Source: a virus
IMG/VR virus record: IMGVR_UViG_3300035533_000009
Span: 1 to 56,975 of that record
Length of the DNA: 56,975 bases
Direction: 5' to 3' (one strand)
Part shown: positions 1 through 9,463 of the stretch, in pieces
Numbering within the stretch: position 1 is the first letter of the stretch
Layout of the letters: every line of letters begins with the position of its first letter
Made by a program: the position numbers and the translations under genes
Notes under the pieces: generated by a model
Seen by the model: the letters and a program-made list of their open reading frames with translations, nothing else
Database searches by the model: none
Told to the model about the DNA's origin: nothing

Positions 1-127
1 GCCCGCGACCCGGTAATGGCTGCCCACATATGGGAGGGCGAGTACCTTGAGTATGTGGATGGGGCCATTTATGCGCGAGAGCTGCAACAGGCGCGGGAGG
101 CGGGCAGGATAACCTCAATCCCCATCG
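1..127. repeat. 127-bp terminal direct repeat, identical to 56849..56975 (circular-assembly overlap)
   Basis: nt 1-127 (GCCCGCGACCCGGTAATGGC...CCTCAATCCCCATCG) recur base for base as the last 127 nt. The repeat lies inside the terL reading frame. Confidence 0.95.
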
Positions 128-681
128 AGACCCATGTGGGAGTAAACACGTTCTGGGATCTGGGAATGAATGACACGACCTGCATCTGGTTTATGCAGGC
201 GGTGGGGCTGGAGCATCGCTTTATCGACTATTACGAGAACAACGGCCTGCCGCTCAGCCACTACACGCGGGTGCTCAAGGACAAAGGGTACCAATACAAC
301 GAGCACTACCTGCCCCACGATGTGGAGGTGCGGGATCTGAGCACAGGCATGTCGAGGAGGCACATTCTTGAAGACCTGGGGCTGCAGGGAATAGTCACAG
401 TTGAGCGGGCGCAGGATCTGCTACACGCAATCGAGGTGACTCGTCAGAGCTTCCCGCGCTGCTGGTTTGACAAAGACCGGTGTGCTCAAGGACTCAAGGG
501 ATTGAAAAACTACCGGCGCGTATATGACGAAAAAAGGCTTACGTTCCGCCAGCAGCCATTACACAACTGGGCGAGCAACCCGGCAGATGCTTTTCGGCAA
601 TATGCGACAGGGTTCCGCAGTAAAATGCTAGGCGGTTACAACCCTCAAGACCTAGTGCCCGATTGGGCGGAGGATTTCTAA
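1..681 (+). CDS. terL: Terminase large subunit, C-terminal part (continues from 56237..56848 across the circular junction)
   Basis: Frame 1 from nt 1 (ARDPVMAAHIWEGEY...) continues in frame from the ORF starting at GTG 56237. The joined ORF is 430 aa and follows terS. Confidence 0.85.
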   Translation, partial: ARDPVMAAHIWEGEYLEYVDGAIYARELQQAREAGRITSIPIETHVGVNTFWDLGMNDTTCIWFMQAVGLEHRFIDYYENNGLPLSHYTRVLKDKGYQYNEHYLPHDVEVRDLSTGMSRRHILEDLGLQGIVTVERAQDLLHAIEVTRQSFPRCWFDKDRCAQGLKGLKNYRRVYDEKRLTFRQQPLHNWASNPADAFRQYATGFRSKMLGGYNPQDLVPDWAEDF

Positions 682-852
682 ATGGCGCCATCGACAAAAG
701 TAACTCGCAAAAGTATAGACGCCCGCACGCTCGCTATGCTTGCCGATCCCGAGATGTACTCGCGCCCTGAACCGGGGTATGAGTTCAGCAACGGGCGCAA
801 GTTCAGCAGCAGGCGCAAACCGCATTACGCACGGGAGGAATCAGGTGAGTAA
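682..852 (+). CDS. Hypothetical small protein (56 aa)
   Basis: The ATG sits directly after the terL stop. The ORF (MAPSTKVTRKSIDARTLAMLADPEMY...) ends in GTGAGTAA, overlapping the GTG start of the next ORF. It is below the ORF-track length cut-off. Confidence 0.3.
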   Translation: MAPSTKVTRKSIDARTLAMLADPEMYSRPEPGYEFSNGRKFSSRRKPHYAREESGE

Positions 853-1180
853 AGCCGATGTAAAGCGCGAATTGTACGAGAATCAGCTCTGCTCGTCTGT
901 AGGCGCGACCCTGCAGAACCTCTACCCTGGGTGGCGCTGGTGGGTGGACTGCACCCTGCCCTCCGGCATGATAGCAGTGCGGAACCTCGACCTGGACGGT
1001 GACTACGGCTTTTATGTCCCGGTGGCTAAATATGTACAAGCGGATCAGCCCGCAAAGATCATCATGCGTGCAGGTGGCGAGATACTGGAGCGCTACAAGC
1101 AGCACCGAGGGCGCAGGATAGCAAGCGACCAGGACATTGCCCGTGATTTCAAGGGCGTGGCGAAGGGAGACAAGAACTGA
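845..1180 (+). CDS. Hypothetical protein (ORF open from 740; GTG 845 is the better start)
   Basis: GGAGG at 834-838 lies 6 nt before GTG 845. The stop overlaps the portal ATG (ATGA-type overlap at 1178-1182). Confidence 0.5.
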   Translation: MSKADVKRELYENQLCSSVGATLQNLYPGWRWWVDCTLPSGMIAVRNLDLDGDYGFYVPVAKYVQADQPAKIIMRAGGEILERYKQHRGRRIASDQDIARDFKGVAKGDKN

Positions 1181-3402
1181 TGGCGGACACTTTCGAGCCG
1201 GTTGAAAACTACGGACTGGCCCCCGCAGAGTACGAAGAGATGCAGGCCGAGGAGCCGGAGCTGCTGATTGAAGACGAAGAGACCGACTGGCTCGGAGTGG
1301 CGCGAGATGCGTTCGATAACTCGGATGACTTTTTTGCGTCGTCGTTGCGAAATCAGATTGAGAAGAATATAGACGCTTTCAATAGCCGCCACTCTTCATC
1401 CTCTAAGTATCGCCAGCCTTCATATAAATACCGCTCGAAGATCTACCGCCCCAAGACCCGTTCGATGATTCGCAGACACGAGGCGGCTGCAGCAACGGCG
1501 TATTTCAACACCAAGGATGTCGTTACCTGTAATGCGGACGACCAGAGCGACGAGATGGCGGTGCTGGGCGCAGAGATAGCGGAAAACCTGGTCAACACCC
1601 GACTGCAGGAGCCGAGCCTGAAGTGGTTTGCGACCTGTATCGGCGCGTACCAGGATGCTATGGTGCAGGGCGCGGTGATCTCACGGCAAGAATGGGAGTA
1701 CAAAGAGGAGCGCAAACCGGCGGACCCGGAGCGTGTGGAACAAATGCTCGCCAGCGCGGTAGGTGCAGCGGACATTGCTAAGGCCATAACGTATGAGCAA
1801 CAGGGTGAGACTGAGGTGCTGGAAGACCGGCCCCGCATTGACCTTGTGCCGATTGAAAACTTCCGCTTCGACCCCGCAGCGGACTGGCGCGATCCTATCT
1901 CGTCTAGCCCATATCTGATAGAGATGATTCCCATGTATCGCCAGGATGTTGAAGAACGCATGCGCGTGTCTGATCCGAAGACCGGTCAGCCTCCGTGGAA
2001 CGAACTGAGCGAGGAAGAGCTGAGCAGCGGCAACCAGACCGGCAAGGACGATTCAACCCGCCAGCGGCGGAATGACGGGCGCGAAGACAGCAAGGATCAG
2101 CAGTACAGTACATCGGCTTTTGATATCATCTGGGTGCATCGTAATGTCGTCCGTATCGACGGCGAGGATTGGCTATTTTATACCCTGGGCACCACGGCTC
2201 TGCTGAGCGACCCTGTACCCCTTGAAGAGGTGTACCCGCACGGACGCCCGTACTGCATGGGGTTCGCCAACCTCGAAACACACAAGACTGTGCCCGCAGC
2301 AACGGCGGAGATGACATCCGGGCTACAGCAGGAGATAAACGACATCGTCAACCAGCGTCTCGATAATGTGAAGCTAGTGGTCAACCGGCGCAGCTTTGTG
2401 CGGCGTAATTCCAATGTCGATCCCCGCAGCCTGACTCAATCAGTGCCCGGCGGCGTGACCCTGGTGGATGATGTCGATAAGGATGTGCGCTATGACGCAC
2501 CCCCGGACGTTACATCGTCGAGCTACGCAGAGCAGGACCGGCTTAACAACGATTTTGACGAGCTGTCAGGCAGTTTCTCCGGCTCATCAGTGGCGAGCAA
2601 CCGCGCGATGAATGAGACTGTGGGTGGTATGCGGTTGATGACCGAGGATGCCAACAATATCACCGAATATCAGCTTAAAATCTTCAGTGAGACCTGGGTC
2701 AAGCCGGTACTGCGGCAGATGCTTGAGCTTGAGCGCTTCTATGAGTCCGACGAGCGGCGTCTGCAGTCAGCGGCCAATGGTGCAGACAGCAATACAGCGG
2801 TAAAGGCGCTGCGTCAGGATTTCTCCCTGAACCTGTCCATCGGCTTTGGCGCGACCAACCCGCAGAAGCAGATTGAAAAACTCGCGTTCGGCCTCTCGAC
2901 GGTCGGCAAGTTCGCGCCACAGCTCGCTACAAAGCTCGATGAGGAGGCGATCTTGTCCGAGGTTTTTGGAGCGCTCGGGTACCAGGATGGCAGCCGCTTC
3001 TTCAAGCTCGATGGTGTCGATCCGCAGGTGGCTGAGCTCCAGCAGCAACTCCAGCAGATGAAGCAGCAGCTTGAAAGCAAGCAGATGGAGCAGCAAACCA
3101 AGCTGCAGATTGAGCAGATGAAGCAGCAAGGGCAGACACAGCGCGAAGAGTCGAAGAACCGTCTGACGTGGGAAATTGAGCGTCTGAAGCAGGAGATTGA
3201 ATACATCGACCAGCAGATAGACGCGGAGCAGAACGACATCAAGCGCGGTGAGCTAATCGTGCAGCGGGATGCCTTCGAGTTCAGTCGCAAACAAAAGGAA
3301 CTGGAATACGCCATTGCGGAGCGAGACCGCATGAGTGATGTGCTGATGCGCGACAAGTACGGCATGGCTCCGGGTATTGATGATCAGCCGGGGAGAGGAT
3401 AG
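1180..3402 (+). CDS. Portal protein
   Basis: A 740-aa ORF directly downstream of the terminase, with size and position typical of a portal. It has a long Q/E/K-rich C-terminal coiled coil (QQQLQQMKQQLESKQMEQQTKLQIEQMKQQ). Confidence 0.75.
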   Translation: MADTFEPVENYGLAPAEYEEMQAEEPELLIEDEETDWLGVARDAFDNSDDFFASSLRNQIEKNIDAFNSRHSSSSKYRQPSYKYRSKIYRPKTRSMIRRHEAAAATAYFNTKDVVTCNADDQSDEMAVLGAEIAENLVNTRLQEPSLKWFATCIGAYQDAMVQGAVISRQEWEYKEERKPADPERVEQMLASAVGAADIAKAITYEQQGETEVLEDRPRIDLVPIENFRFDPAADWRDPISSSPYLIEMIPMYRQDVEERMRVSDPKTGQPPWNELSEEELSSGNQTGKDDSTRQRRNDGREDSKDQQYSTSAFDIIWVHRNVVRIDGEDWLFYTLGTTALLSDPVPLEEVYPHGRPYCMGFANLETHKTVPAATAEMTSGLQQEINDIVNQRLDNVKLVVNRRSFVRRNSNVDPRSLTQSVPGGVTLVDDVDKDVRYDAPPDVTSSSYAEQDRLNNDFDELSGSFSGSSVASNRAMNETVGGMRLMTEDANNITEYQLKIFSETWVKPVLRQMLELERFYESDERRLQSAANGADSNTAVKALRQDFSLNLSIGFGATNPQKQIEKLAFGLSTVGKFAPQLATKLDEEAILSEVFGALGYQDGSRFFKLDGVDPQVAELQQQLQQMKQQLESKQMEQQTKLQIEQMKQQGQTQREESKNRLTWEIERLKQEIEYIDQQIDAEQNDIKRGELIVQRDAFEFSRKQKELEYAIAERDRMSDVLMRDKYGMAPGIDDQPGRG

Positions 3403-3404
3403 GC

Positions 3405-3686
3405 ATGAGCGAGCAGGAGAACTCACGCAACGAGATGATTGCCCTCGGGCATGAAGCGGAGCAGTTCCGCAACACCCCGCTGGGGCAGTTCATGGCGGAT
3501 CGGGCGCAACTGGAGATCGACAACGCCAAAGGCGAGCTTGCCCGTGTAGACCCGGAAAACACAAGCGAGATCAAGCGATTGCAGAATATCATCGCCCGAC
3601 ACTCTGACTTCTGGCAGTGGATGCAGGACGTAATCCACGCCGGAACGGTGGCTTATGACGAATATCTGAACGATCCAGGTGACTAG
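3405..3686 (+). CDS. Hypothetical protein (93 aa)
   Basis: Tightly packed after the portal, with AGGA just upstream of the ATG. No motif recognised. Confidence 0.55.
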   Translation: MSEQENSRNEMIALGHEAEQFRNTPLGQFMADRAQLEIDNAKGELARVDPENTSEIKRLQNIIARHSDFWQWMQDVIHAGTVAYDEYLNDPGD

Positions 3687-3690
3687 CATG

Positions 3691-3719
3691 TTGCACAAGA
3701 AGTAAATTAACGGTACAAT
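3691..3719 (+). promoter_or_regulatory. sigma70-like promoter TTGCAC-17 nt-TACAAT
   Basis: TTGCAC at 3691-3696, an exact 17-nt spacer, and TACAAT at 3714-3719, in an AT-rich gap after ORF 3405..3686. Confidence 0.5.
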
Positions 3720-3725
3720 AGAAGT

Positions 3726-3827
3726 GTAAAATATAACATAATTTAGGATACTTAGTCGCTTTCCGGGTGCCGGAAACTCGACCAAAGCTCCGTTGACAGA
3801 ACAGTTCTGTCTTCGGGGCTTTTTTTG
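3726..3827 (+). ncRNA. Candidate ~100-nt small RNA or leader between the promoter and an intrinsic terminator
   Basis: The promoter at 3691-3719 is followed by a perfect 7-bp hairpin (TTTCCGG-GTG-CCGGAAA, 3760-3776). A terminator hairpin plus T7 run follows at 3787-3827. No ORF lies in between. Confidence 0.35.
3787..3827 (+). terminator. Rho-independent terminator
   Basis: A two-part GC-rich stem (GCTCCG..GACAGA / TCTGTC..CGGGGC) followed by TTTTTTTGTTT. Confidence 0.7.
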
Positions 3828-3874
3828 TTTCAAGCAGGTGCTATCCGCAAGGACGTGCCAAGAGGAGATGAACC

Positions 3875-4948
3875 ATGGAAAAAAAAGACGCTGCTATCCA
3901 GGAAGAGGACGTGGCACAGGACCAGGCCGTAGAGCAGGAAGCGGAGGGGCTTGATGAGAAGCCCCGTTTGCAGCGCGATGCCGCTATGGAGGAAATGGTG
4001 GCGAAGCGCAGAGAGCAGGCTAAGCGTGAAGCACAGGAATCAGCGCGGGAGTTTGGCGAGGCCGACACCGAAGAGCCTGGAGAGGATGATACGCCGGATG
4101 GTGAGCCCGCAGGCCAAACAGACACCGACCCAGAAATGGTTGATCTGAAGGTGGATGGCAAAATCATTCGTAAGCCAAAAGCTGAAGTAGAGGCCGAGGG
4201 TGGTGTGGCGGAAGTGCAGAAGAGGATTGCTGTAGAAACCCGCATGGCCCAGGCAGCAGAAGAGCGGCGCAGGCTTGAGCAGCTGCAGTACCAGCAGGCG
4301 CAAAGAGAGCGCGATTTGCAGCGCAAGGAGCAGGAACTCAACGCCAAGATGCAGGAGATGCAAGCCCTCGCGAACGATCCAAAGAGCGACGTGACGGATG
4401 ATGACGTGGCTATCGCTCAACAGTTCGTGGACGGGTTTTACTCTGGCGACGAGGAACAGGCAACTGAAGTGTTTGCAAAGATACTCAAGCAGATGCGCCA
4501 GCCGCAAGCTACAAAAAATCAGCCGCAGGTTGACCCGGATCAAATCGCAGAGCAGGTGCAGGAACGCCTGACGTACCGCAACTCCCTGTCGGAAGGCAAA
4601 CAGACTTTCGAGGAGAAATACGCGCACTTAAAGCAGGACCCGCAACTGTTCCGCATGACCGACGAGGCAACCGCACGACTGATGCAACAGCACCCGGATT
4701 GGGAGCCTAAGAAGGTGATACTCGAAGCGGCCAAGGAGGTCGATTCGTGGGTTAAGCGCTTCGCGGGCAACACGACAGACGACAACCCGGCGGGTCAGCA
4801 GAATCTGGTGTCTGAACAACAGCAACGCAAACGCAACATGGATCGGGTTCCGTCAGCAACAACGCGGAAACCCACACAACCATCATACAAACCAAAAACG
4901 CGCCAGGAGATCTTCGAGCAGATGCGGAAGAACCGGGCGCAAGGATAA
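3875..4948 (+). CDS. Scaffolding protein (putative)
   Basis: A 357-aa acidic, E/Q/K/R-rich, helix-prone ORF between the portal and the major capsid gene. GAGGAG RBS. Confidence 0.6.
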   Translation: MEKKDAAIQEEDVAQDQAVEQEAEGLDEKPRLQRDAAMEEMVAKRREQAKREAQESAREFGEADTEEPGEDDTPDGEPAGQTDTDPEMVDLKVDGKIIRKPKAEVEAEGGVAEVQKRIAVETRMAQAAEERRRLEQLQYQQAQRERDLQRKEQELNAKMQEMQALANDPKSDVTDDDVAIAQQFVDGFYSGDEEQATEVFAKILKQMRQPQATKNQPQVDPDQIAEQVQERLTYRNSLSEGKQTFEEKYAHLKQDPQLFRMTDEATARLMQQHPDWEPKKVILEAAKEVDSWVKRFAGNTTDDNPAGQQNLVSEQQQRKRNMDRVPSATTRKPTQPSYKPKTRQEIFEQMRKNRAQG

Positions 4949-4965
4949 CAACAGGAGACTGAAAA

Positions 4966-5916
4966 ATGGCAGGACAACTTTGGGGAACCAACTCGCTTGG
5001 CGGGTATATGTACTCGGACGAACTGTCCGATAAACTGCGCCACGAACTGCAGCCCATGATTCGCTTCCGTCAGCACTGTGATGCTAAGGATGCGATGGAC
5101 AAAGGGCTTGGCAAGGGCGACACATTCAACTGGAACGTGTACTCAGACGTTTCACAGCAGGGCGGACAGCTCTCTGAAACCGAAGAGATGCCCGAAAGCA
5201 ACTACACCATTACTCAGGGCAGTCTGACTGTATCTGAGTTCGGTAACTCCGTACCCTTCGGGCAGAAGCTCGACAATCTCTCCAAGCACAGAGTTGAAGA
5301 GGTTATCGACAAGGTACTCAAGAACGACGCATCCAAGACGCTGGATAAGGCAGCTAAGGATCAGTTCGACGATACTCCGCTAAGCGCGGTGGCTACTGCA
5401 GCCGGCACATCGTCCGCTTCCAACGTTGAGTTTACCACTGACGGCAGTGCGGACAGCAACAACAACGCGCCCATGGACAAGTACCATGTAAAGGCGATTG
5501 TGGACTACATGAAGGAGCGCGACATCCCGACATTTGCAGCCGGGGATTACTTCTGTATCGCCCGCCCTTCTACCTTCCGCACGCTGAAGAACGACATGGA
5601 GGAGCTGCACCAGTACACCGACTCCGGCTTCCGCATGATCATGAATGGCGAGATCGGGCGCTACGAGGGTGTGCGCTTCATTGAGCAGACCAACATCGCG
5701 TCGCAGAGCTGGACCAACAGCAAATCGGACGAGGCGTTTTTCTTCGGTGCCGACACCGTGGCTGAGGCCATCGTGGTTCCCGAAGAGCTGCGTGGCAAGA
5801 TTCCTACCGACTACGGTCGGAGCAAAGGTATTGCCTGGTACGCCCTGCTCGGCTTCGGCCTGGTACACAGCGACGCCAGCAACGCCCGCATCGTCAAGTG
5901 GGACAGCGCAGCGTAA
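4966..5916 (+). CDS. Major capsid protein
   Basis: A 316-aa ORF directly after the scaffold with an AGGAGA RBS, followed by a GC hairpin. Position and size fit an HK97-fold coat protein. Confidence 0.75.
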   Translation: MAGQLWGTNSLGGYMYSDELSDKLRHELQPMIRFRQHCDAKDAMDKGLGKGDTFNWNVYSDVSQQGGQLSETEEMPESNYTITQGSLTVSEFGNSVPFGQKLDNLSKHRVEEVIDKVLKNDASKTLDKAAKDQFDDTPLSAVATAAGTSSASNVEFTTDGSADSNNNAPMDKYHVKAIVDYMKERDIPTFAAGDYFCIARPSTFRTLKNDMEELHQYTDSGFRMIMNGEIGRYEGVRFIEQTNIASQSWTNSKSDEAFFFGADTVAEAIVVPEELRGKIPTDYGRSKGIAWYALLGFGLVHSDASNARIVKWDSAA

Positions 5917-5938
5917 GTTTTAACTGATACCGTGATTC

Positions 5939-5957
5939 GCGGGGCGTAATGCCCCGC
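5939..5957 (+). terminator. Stem-loop after the capsid gene (weak or partial terminator)
   Basis: GCGGGGC-GTAAT-GCCCCGC, a perfect 7-bp stem, followed only by TTATCC, so probably leaky. Confidence 0.4.
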
Positions 5958-5984
5958 TTATCCACAGCATAAGGAGCAAGAACC

Positions 5985-6356
5985 ATGGCTTATGATCGCC
6001 CGATTTACACTACCTACACCTTTCCGGCGGCTACACTGTCCACCGATGCGACTATCGGCAAATTTCAGGGGCCCGCAGGCCGCACCGGGCGTGTAGAGGA
6101 CATCTCGTACCGTGTGACTACCGGCGTTACCGTCGCCGCAGCAGAGCTCAATGTGGGCGCTACTGCCGACGACACGGACAACGCTGTGTGTTCGGTAGAG
6201 GTTGCATCCGCGGGGGCTACCGGCGCAGCTACGGCTGACGAGGTAGGCAAGAGCGATAGCAACCGCCTCCCCGCTGACACTACCATTAACGTGGCAACTG
6301 ACGGCGCATGTACCGCAGGCGCGGCAGACGTGTTTGTCACTGTGGCCTGGTACTAA
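5985..6356 (+). CDS. Hypothetical virion protein (possible head decoration)
   Basis: A 123-aa A/T/G/V-rich ORF with an AAGGAG RBS immediately after the capsid gene. Confidence 0.45.
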   Translation: MAYDRPIYTTYTFPAATLSTDATIGKFQGPAGRTGRVEDISYRVTTGVTVAAAELNVGATADDTDNAVCSVEVASAGATGAATADEVGKSDSNRLPADTTINVATDGACTAGAADVFVTVAWY

Positions 6357-6370
6357 GCCGGTAGGTACTG

Positions 6371-6583
6371 ATGATTATCCTAGACTTTGAAGAGGAGAAA
6401 CGAACCGTGAAGACTTCCGAAGGTAACGTGAAAACCGGTCTGTCCAAGCAATCCCAGATTCCGCGCGACTATAAGCCGCGTGGCGAGGGTGCCGGACAGC
6501 GCCCCACCGAAGGCGCTCGCAAAGGCGATGGTAAAGGCGGCGGCAAGGAAAAGGGCAAAGGTCGCGGCAAAGGGATGAAGTAA
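6371..6583 (+). CDS. Small highly basic Lys/Gly-rich protein
   Basis: The C-terminus reads GDGKGGGKEKGKGRGKGMK. An alternative GTG start lies at 6407, after GAGGAG. Confidence 0.4.
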   Translation: MIILDFEEEKRTVKTSEGNVKTGLSKQSQIPRDYKPRGEGAGQRPTEGARKGDGKGGGKEKGKGRGKGMK

Positions 6584-6642
6584 CCACACAACCTCAGATT
6601 GGGCGGGGCGGGGTAACTCGCCCCTGCTCATAAGGTGACGAC

Positions 6643-6978
6643 ATGCTTGATAAAAAGAGAAAATATGCAGAGCTGGGGTTCAACATCTATGGCATCCGCT
6701 ACAAGCAGGATGGCAAACTCTACAACGGTGGCGGCGTAGAGGTCAGTGCCCAGGGCGAGCCGATGAAGAATGACGCAGCCTCCGAGCCACAGGACTCACC
6801 CGCTACACTACAGGCTGCCCCTGTAGAACCAACGGATGATTTCGCTGAATCACCGCGTGATGGCGAGAAGGTCTACCAGAAAGAATCCGTGGCGAAGATG
6901 GCGCGGAGCAAATCCGGGCGCGATGACCACGACATTGTAGCGGTAGACGGCGGGTTTGTATTGCGAAAGGCTGACTGA
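6643..6978 (+). CDS. Hypothetical protein (111 aa)
   Basis: An ORF in the structural operon whose stop overlaps the next start (TGATG). Confidence 0.5.
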   Translation: MLDKKRKYAELGFNIYGIRYKQDGKLYNGGGVEVSAQGEPMKNDAASEPQDSPATLQAAPVEPTDDFAESPRDGEKVYQKESVAKMARSKSGRDDHDIVAVDGGFVLRKAD

Positions 6979-7652
6979 TGACATTTTTGGAGCTGTGCAA
7001 AGCGACGCGGCAGGAGTGCGGCATCCAGGGTAACGACCAGCCCGCTTCAGTGACCGGGCGCACTGGTCTGCTCAAGCGCGTGGTCGATTGGGTGCGGGAT
7101 GCGGATGAATACATCCAGCGCCTGCATCCCGATTGGGATTTCCTCTGGGCTGAGTACACCGAAGATACCATTACAGGACTCGCGGACCTTACAGCCCCGA
7201 CAGACATCGGGCACTGGGATCGTGAGTCTTTTGCTGTCGGGCATGGCACATCCGATGGCCGCCCTCTGGCGGTAATGTCGTTTCGCGAGTTACGCAGTAA
7301 CCACAGCGCCAAAGAGCAGAACACGCCTACGCGCATCTGTATCTTGCCTGATAAAAACCTGCGCCTGGAGTACCCGCCTGACGGCGAGTATGAGATATAC
7401 GCTAATTACTGGAAGGCACCGGTGCGGATGAGTGATAACACCGACACGCCGCTGTTTCCTGAAGAGTTCCAGCGCGCCATTATCGCCCGTGCAAAGATGT
7501 GGTTCTTCGAGGATACCGAGGCGCTGGAGCTGTACCAGGCGGCAGAGAAGGAGTTCCGCGAGACAATCAGGATGCTTGAAGCAGACCAGCTCGCAGATCA
7601 ATACCAGTTGAGCGAGATGCACCCCGAGCAGATAGTGATTCGCCCGGTATGA
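6978..7652 (+). CDS. Hypothetical virion protein (head-tail adaptor candidate)
   Basis: A 224-aa ORF translationally coupled on both sides within the structural block. No motif recognised. Confidence 0.5.
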   Translation: MTFLELCKATRQECGIQGNDQPASVTGRTGLLKRVVDWVRDADEYIQRLHPDWDFLWAEYTEDTITGLADLTAPTDIGHWDRESFAVGHGTSDGRPLAVMSFRELRSNHSAKEQNTPTRICILPDKNLRLEYPPDGEYEIYANYWKAPVRMSDNTDTPLFPEEFQRAIIARAKMWFFEDTEALELYQAAEKEFRETIRMLEADQLADQYQLSEMHPEQIVIRPV

Positions 7653-9463
7653 GACGCACAGAGTATTTCCCTTTCAAGGGCGGACTGAACACTGAAGAGC
7701 CAGCACTCTCGATAGAGGCCGGAGAACTTATCAACGCGCGAAACTACGAAGTGGCTGTATCAGGCGGGTACAGGCGTATTGACGGCTTCGAGCGTTTTGA
7801 CGGGCATCCCAAACCCAGCGACCTGAACCGCTACGAATATGACACCGAAAGCGCGTGGATCACCGCCCTGGAGGCAAGACGCAGCGCCATTGGTGCTGTA
7901 CCCGGCGAAGGGGATATCCTCGGGGTGTGGCACTACGACGACACGGTGTATGCATTCCGCAATAAAACCGGCGGCATGTCAGCCGGGATGTACAAAAGCA
8001 CCGCGAGCGGATGGGTGGAGGTAGACCTGGGGCGTATCCTGCTGTTCAAAGACGGGTCGAGTGAGTTCACCGAAGGCGATACTCTAACCGGCGGTACGTC
8101 CGGCGCAACCGGCACTGTCGGCGCGTCGGTTCTTGTCTCTGGCGACTGGTCGTCCAACGACGCTGCGGGGTACGTGATTCTCGCCTCCGTAACCGGCACC
8201 TTCGAGGATGGCGAGGTTATTAGCGATGGCCCCGGAGGATCTGCGAAGGCCGATGGTGCCGACAGCGCCCAGACCCTCAACCCGAATGGACAGTACGAAT
8301 TTATCAACTTCAACTTCGGTGGGCATAGCGATACGCGCAAGATGTACGGAGTAAGCGGGGTTGATAAAGCATTTGAGTATAACGGGGCCGTTTACGTACC
8401 CATAACCACGGGCATGGACGATGACACCCCTACCCACCTGGTTGAACATCGCAACTACCTGTGGCTATCATTCTCCGGCGGATCTGTGCAGTATTCACCC
8501 CTCGGCGCTCCGCGTGACAAGTGGACTGCTTTGTTGGGTGCGGGGGAGATCGCCATTGGGGCGGAGATCGTGGGTTTCAGCGACGTGCCGGGGGATTCTC
8601 TGGCGGTGTTCAGCCGCAACAGCATCGACCTGCTTGCCGGTGACCCGGCGGGTGAGTTCCAGCGCACCACCTACTCCGCAGAAGCCGGGGCGATAAGAGG
8701 TACTATACAGCGCCTGAACTTCCCCCTATTTACAAACGACAGCGGCCTGATGGAGTTCCGGGCGACTGAGGCATACGGTGACTTTCAGAGCGGCACCCTG
8801 AGCCAGAAGGTAAAGTCGGTCATGGACGCAAAGCGCGGCCTTGAGTCGGCCTCGATAGTTGCTAAGGGTAAAGATCAATACCGCATATTCTACTCAGACG
8901 GATCCGGGCTGGTGGTTACATTCAACGGCACTAAAGTCTCCGGGATTATGCCCATAGAATACCCCGTGCCTGTTTTGTGCGCGTGCAACGGTAAGACATC
9001 TACAGGCGAAGAGGTTATCTTTTTCGGCTCCGACACCGGCTACGTGTACCTGATGGATGCTGGCAGCAGTTTTGACGGCGCAGAGGTTGAGGCGTGGATC
9101 AGGCCGTCATTCTACCACTTCAAGCGCCCGGAGCAGCATAAGCGTTTTTACAAGATCGTGCTGGAGATAGATGCGCGGATCAACTCCGCCCTGACATTTC
9201 TGCCGGTGCTTGACTACGCCGAAGGAAGTTCCCCGGATGCGCTCGATTCCAGCATGTCCGTGTTCGGGTCCGGGGGTGCATGGGATGAAGCCCTGTGGGA
9301 TGAGTTTTTCTACGACTCCCCCCTGATAAGTTCGGCCTACGGATATTTTGACGCCATAGGTCGCAACCTGAGCCCGTTTATCCGCAGTAACCACACCTAT
9401 GAAGAACCCCACACCGTACAGGGTGCGATTATCCATTATTCCATACGAGGATTGAAGCGATGA
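7649..9463 (+). CDS. Hypothetical large virion protein (tail/nozzle candidate)
   Basis: A 604-aa ORF between the adaptor-like ORF and the tail fibre, with ATGA overlaps at both ends. Confidence 0.55.
   Translation: MRRTEYFPFKGGLNTEEPALSIEAGELINARNYEVAVSGGYRRIDGFERFDGHPKPSDLNRYEYDTESAWITALEARRSAIGAVPGEGDILGVWHYDDTVYAFRNKTGGMSAGMYKSTASGWVEVDLGRILLFKDGSSEFTEGDTLTGGTSGATGTVGASVLVSGDWSSNDAAGYVILASVTGTFEDGEVISDGPGGSAKADGADSAQTLNPNGQYEFINFNFGGHSDTRKMYGVSGVDKAFEYNGAVYVPITTGMDDDTPTHLVEHRNYLWLSFSGGSVQYSPLGAPRDKWTALLGAGEIAIGAEIVGFSDVPGDSLAVFSRNSIDLLAGDPAGEFQRTTYSAEAGAIRGTIQRLNFPLFTNDSGLMEFRATEAYGDFQSGTLSQKVKSVMDAKRGLESASIVAKGKDQYRIFYSDGSGLVVTFNGTKVSGIMPIEYPVPVLCACNGKTSTGEEVIFFGSDTGYVYLMDAGSSFDGAEVEAWIRPSFYHFKRPEQHKRFYKIVLEIDARINSALTFLPVLDYAEGSSPDALDSSMSVFGSGGAWDEALWDEFFYDSPLISSAYGYFDAIGRNLSPFIRSNHTYEEPHTVQGAIIHYSIRGLKR

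Noticed and set aside
1-127. Treating the 127-bp repeat as biological direct terminal repeats or a cos region
   Set aside because: It falls in the middle of the terL coding sequence. Its length equals a common maximum assembler k-mer, so it is most likely a circularisation artefact.
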